Below are positions 60,901 to 64,000 of a stretch of 64,000 nucleotides of DNA, in pieces. Source of the stretch: Macrostomum lignano. Lineage: Eukaryota. How positions within the stretch are numbered: position 1 is the stretch's first letter; each line of letters starts with the position of its first letter. Both the position numbers and the translations under genes were made by a program. The stretch is from positions 124,001 to 188,000 of the forward strand of contig NIVC01001751.1 of the NCBI GenBank assembly GCA_002269645.1, in the 5' to 3' direction. A model generated the notes under the pieces. The model ran no database searches and had not been told where the DNA came from. It worked only from the letters and a program-made list of their open reading frames with translations.

Positions 60901-61401
60901 CAGAATCTTGCCTACCAAAGTCTCGTCTGGAACTACAAAATATGGATTTAGTCTTGAGCCCTATAAAATTGAGTGCTATTTTGTAATAAAAGGTGAACTA
61001 TTAATTTATCTAGGCACCGGACTCCCGTGACGGATTTTAACATCGGCAGTGAGGCTGCAGTCCTGTCAGCAGGCTTGACTTCAGTTGACAGCAATTACTC
61101 AAAATTATGGCCCATAATAAATATTTACGAGCAGAATTAAAGTCGGCAGTTTGGTTAATACACCACAGCTCATGGTATCCGAGGCAATTCATATTTCTAC
61201 TATCACTATATGCAAGCCTCCTGAGAATTAGAAATTTCAGCGGCTCGGTGTGGATCTTGGGAAAAACTTTTGACGTAGGTCTGACCCGAAACTTCTCTGG
61301 ATTAGAAATTTTATAATCCTGGAATGGGCTGCCAATTGAAATTCTATTTATACTTTATAGTTGTTGCAATAAACTTGATTTAAACACCTTGACTTGACTT
61401 G

Positions 61402-61688
61402 AACACCCACAAGTACCCCGCTTCCCATTGTTGCAGGGTATCTAACACCCACAAGCACCCCAATTCGCATTGTTGCAGGGTATCTAACACCCACAAGCAC
61501 CCCAATTCCCATTGTTGCAGGGTATCTAACACCCACAAGCACCCCAATTCGCATTGTTGCAGGGTATCTAACACCCACAAGCACCCCGCTTCCCACTGTT
61601 GCAGGGTATCCAACAACCACAAGCACCCCACTTCCCACTGTTGCAGGGTATCCAACAACCACAAGCACCCCGCTTCCCATTGTTGCAG
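61402..61688. repeat. 42-bp tandem repeat, 7 copies, each ending in an acceptor-like TTGCAG
   Basis: TTGCAG ends at 61436, 61478, 61520, 61562, 61604, 61646 and 61688. Confidence 0.93.
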
Positions 61689-61701
61689 AAAATCCTCAAC
61701 C

Positions 61702-61989
61702 ATGGGATCAGCGCTGAGCGGGCCCCTGGCCAACCGCACCCAGCTGATAGCCTGCAGCAACATATCCGGATTGCGAGCCTCAGAGCACCAGGCGCTGGCC
61801 AGGTTCCAGGAATTCTACCGGCCTGTCCATGGCTACGTGTGCGTGCTGCTGTGCGTCTTCGGCGTGGTGGCCAACGTGGCTAACATTGCCGTGCTCACTC
61901 GCAAGGTGATGCTGGCCTCCTCCATCAATGTCATCCTGCTGGCTGTGGCGGCCGCCGATCTGCTCACAATGCTGCTGTACTTTTTTCAG
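61702..61989 (+). CDS. Peptide GPCR (myosuppressin/DMSR-like, class A) exon 1, TM1-TM2
   Basis: CCATGG start. GYVCVLLCVFGVVANVANIAVLTRKVM..SINVILLAVAAADLL. Donor CAG|gtgctt, phase 0. Confidence 0.88.
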
Positions 61990-62330
61990 GTGCTTTTTTG
62001 ACTAAATAATTCATTTTTTATAACTATGGTACTTTTTAAGCATGCTGTGCTCTGAGGGTTAGGGCCGGCTAACATTTAAATCCGTTTGATGGATTCGTAC
62101 ATAGCTCGTGTACCCTATGTACAGACTTCATCACGTGACTGCTTTACCGCATTTATTATCTCGTCACGTGATGAAGCTTGTGCGTGGGGGGCAAATGTAC
62201 ATTGGGGGAGCAGCTGTGGAATAATGACCGGATAACTAACGCGCCACCATTGCTTAGTCTGTTGCATCTTAGTCTGCTTTATCAGTGGCAGGAGGCTGTG
62301 TGCACCCTGGCGCACTTTAAGCGACATTGC

Positions 62331-62593
62331 CACACAACCGGCGAGAGGCATTGCTGCCCATTCCGCCGACTCCCCTGAGCAGCACACAAGCGCGCGGATA
62401 CGTACGCAGTCACACGCGCAGGCACACACTCACACAGGAGTGTACAGCGGCCCTAACTTTATTTATCGTTAGGCATGTACACTTCACTGTGCCTTGGGGG
62501 TTGGCCATCAATGCCGCTAACTGCACGAGCAGAGCCAAGCCGGGATTCCAATTCAGCCCCAAATTCATGTGACTGCACTTGGAATCGAGCCTG
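62331..62593. mobile_element. Dispersed repeat, copy 2 (uninterrupted), in the GPCR intron
   Basis: Reverse complement of 17257-17738 without the MITE. Confidence 0.8.
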
Positions 62594-62861
62594 GGCCGCT
62601 GGCATATCGGAGCGCCACCTCAGACCACACATGTGTATCATTGCAGTGTGCTTTTTCTAAATTTAGCAGAATTAAGCTACTGCAAGTAGAAGCATTAGAA
62701 ATATCCATGGTACCCATTAGTTAGTTAAGTTAGATTGCAGTGGGTGAGTCGCACGAGCGTACGGCAACTCCTGGGACCAGTTTTTGGCCTGGAGCCAAAA
62801 AAGCACTTTAGCATTTTTGAAGTACCACGGAGCCACTCTGCCCCGCAACAATGCCCCGTAG

Positions 62862-63842
62862 ATTCTGCACTTCACCCTGCTATCGCCGGGCGAGGGCCTG
62901 AGCATGCCGCACACCCTATCGTACCCGTGGATCGTGTACTCGCTGTTCGCCATCAGCCTGGTGCTGGTGCTGCACACCGTGGCCTGCTGGCTGACGGTGG
63001 CGCTGGCCGTGTTCCGCTTCCTCTACATCGCCCTACCGACCCGCGGTGTCCAGCTGGCCAGCTTCCGCAACGCCTACATCAGCATAGCCGCCATCTGCCT
63101 GGTGTTCGCGCTGACCACCACGCCCAACTACCTGGTGAACGTGGCCAAAGCCTGCCGCTCCAGCCGGGACCAGGTGGTGTACTTCATCGGCCTGCCGGAC
63201 GTGATGACAGCAAGCCTGGTGGAGTCGAACTACTGGACCATCGCCGTGCTGTACAAGATCGTGCCCTGCCTGCTGCTCTCGTTGATGACCGTCCTGCTGA
63301 TTGTCCAGCTGTCCAACGCGGCCCGCAGGCGCCGAAAGCTGCTCAGCAGTGGCAAGAGTTCCCAGCGGGAGCAGCGGAAGGATAGGCGGGAGCAGCGGAC
63401 CACCATCATGCTGCTGGCCATTGTGATCATCTTCATCATCACCGAGCTGCCGCAGGGCATCATGTCCCTTCTCTGTTTCGTAGTTAAAAATTTCGACACC
63501 AACGTCTACAGTCCTCTCGGCGACGTCCTCGACCTGCTGTCCCTGATCAACAACAGCGTCAACTTCGTGCTGTACACCACCATGTCCAAGCAGTTTCGCG
63601 ACACCTTCGCTGACGTGTTTCTCACCTGGTGCCGCCGGCCGGGACCGCCAGCCGCTGCAAAAGGCGGCGAAGCGAAAGACGCAGCCGCTGTGGAGATTGA
63701 GGATGACGATGGGGCCCAGCCGCCGGCGCCGAACGGCCAAGAGGCCGGCAGAGCGAAGCCGGCCGCCGCCTGCTCGACAGGGGAAATCGCCTGCGAGGAG
63801 GCGATGCCGCTGCAGTCTCAGAGACGGAGCCACCTGGTCTGA
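62862..63842 (+). CDS. Peptide GPCR exon 2, TM3-TM7
   Basis: Acceptor ccgtag|ATT. Motifs WLTVALAVFRF, YKIVPC, ITELPQG, DLLSLINNSVNFVLYTTMSKQFRDTF, typical of DMSR/Srw-like receptors. Spliced protein about 422 aa. Confidence 0.92.
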   Translation: MLHFTLLSPGEGLSMPHTLSYPWIVYSLFAISLVLVLHTVACWLTVALAVFRFLYIALPTRGVQLASFRNAYISIAAICLVFALTTTPNYLVNVAKACRSSRDQVVYFIGLPDVMTASLVESNYWTIAVLYKIVPCLLLSLMTVLLIVQLSNAARRRRKLLSSGKSSQREQRKDRREQRTTIMLLAIVIIFIITELPQGIMSLLCFVVKNFDTNVYSPLGDVLDLLSLINNSVNFVLYTTMSKQFRDTFADVFLTWCRRPGPPAAAKGGEAKDAAAVEIEDDDGAQPPAPNGQEAGRAKPAAACSTGEIACEEAMPLQSQRRSHLV

Positions 63843-64000
63843 TCGAATTCTCGAACCTGAACCACTCTGGCGTTTTCGTCCTTACATCACGAGCTATGAA
63901 CCAACCGTTGTTTTCGTGTGTCTCGTGAACTGAAGCTGTCATAAACGGCAACATTTCCATCATTGTGTTGTGTGCTTAGCTGAGCCTCTGTGCGCGTCGA

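Overview
Eukaryotic (metazoan) genomic DNA with GC-rich, Ala/Gly-rich exons and AT-rich introns and intergenic DNA packed with minisatellites and DNA-transposon relics. The style suggests a flatworm such as Macrostomum, but that is inference only. Seven protein-coding genes can be built using GT-AG junctions with consistent phases: dynein light intermediate chain (+), GAPVD1/GAPex-5 (-), STAMBP/AMSH (-), CLEC16A (-), RNF11 (+), an orphan four-transmembrane protein (-) and a myosuppressin/DMSR-like peptide GPCR (+). Main hypotheses: (1) five consecutive genes all act in endosome/lysosome sorting, and three of them are co-directional with a splice acceptor at or just before the coding start, which fits a trans-spliced, operon-like cluster; (2) GAPVD1 has no in-frame ATG near its conserved N-terminus and may take its initiator AUG from a spliced leader; (3) several minisatellites are built from functional motifs (about 256 splice-acceptor mimics in the STAMBP intron, about 53 copies of a SINE A-box head, and seven copies of the GPCR acceptor). 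Mobile DNA includes two mariners, a MULE-like element, several MITEs, a foldback element, a tRNA-derived CORE-like SINE and a Gypsy-like gag relic. There are no CRISPR arrays and no genuine rRNA or tRNA genes. The very long ORFs in the six-frame track are repeat artefacts.
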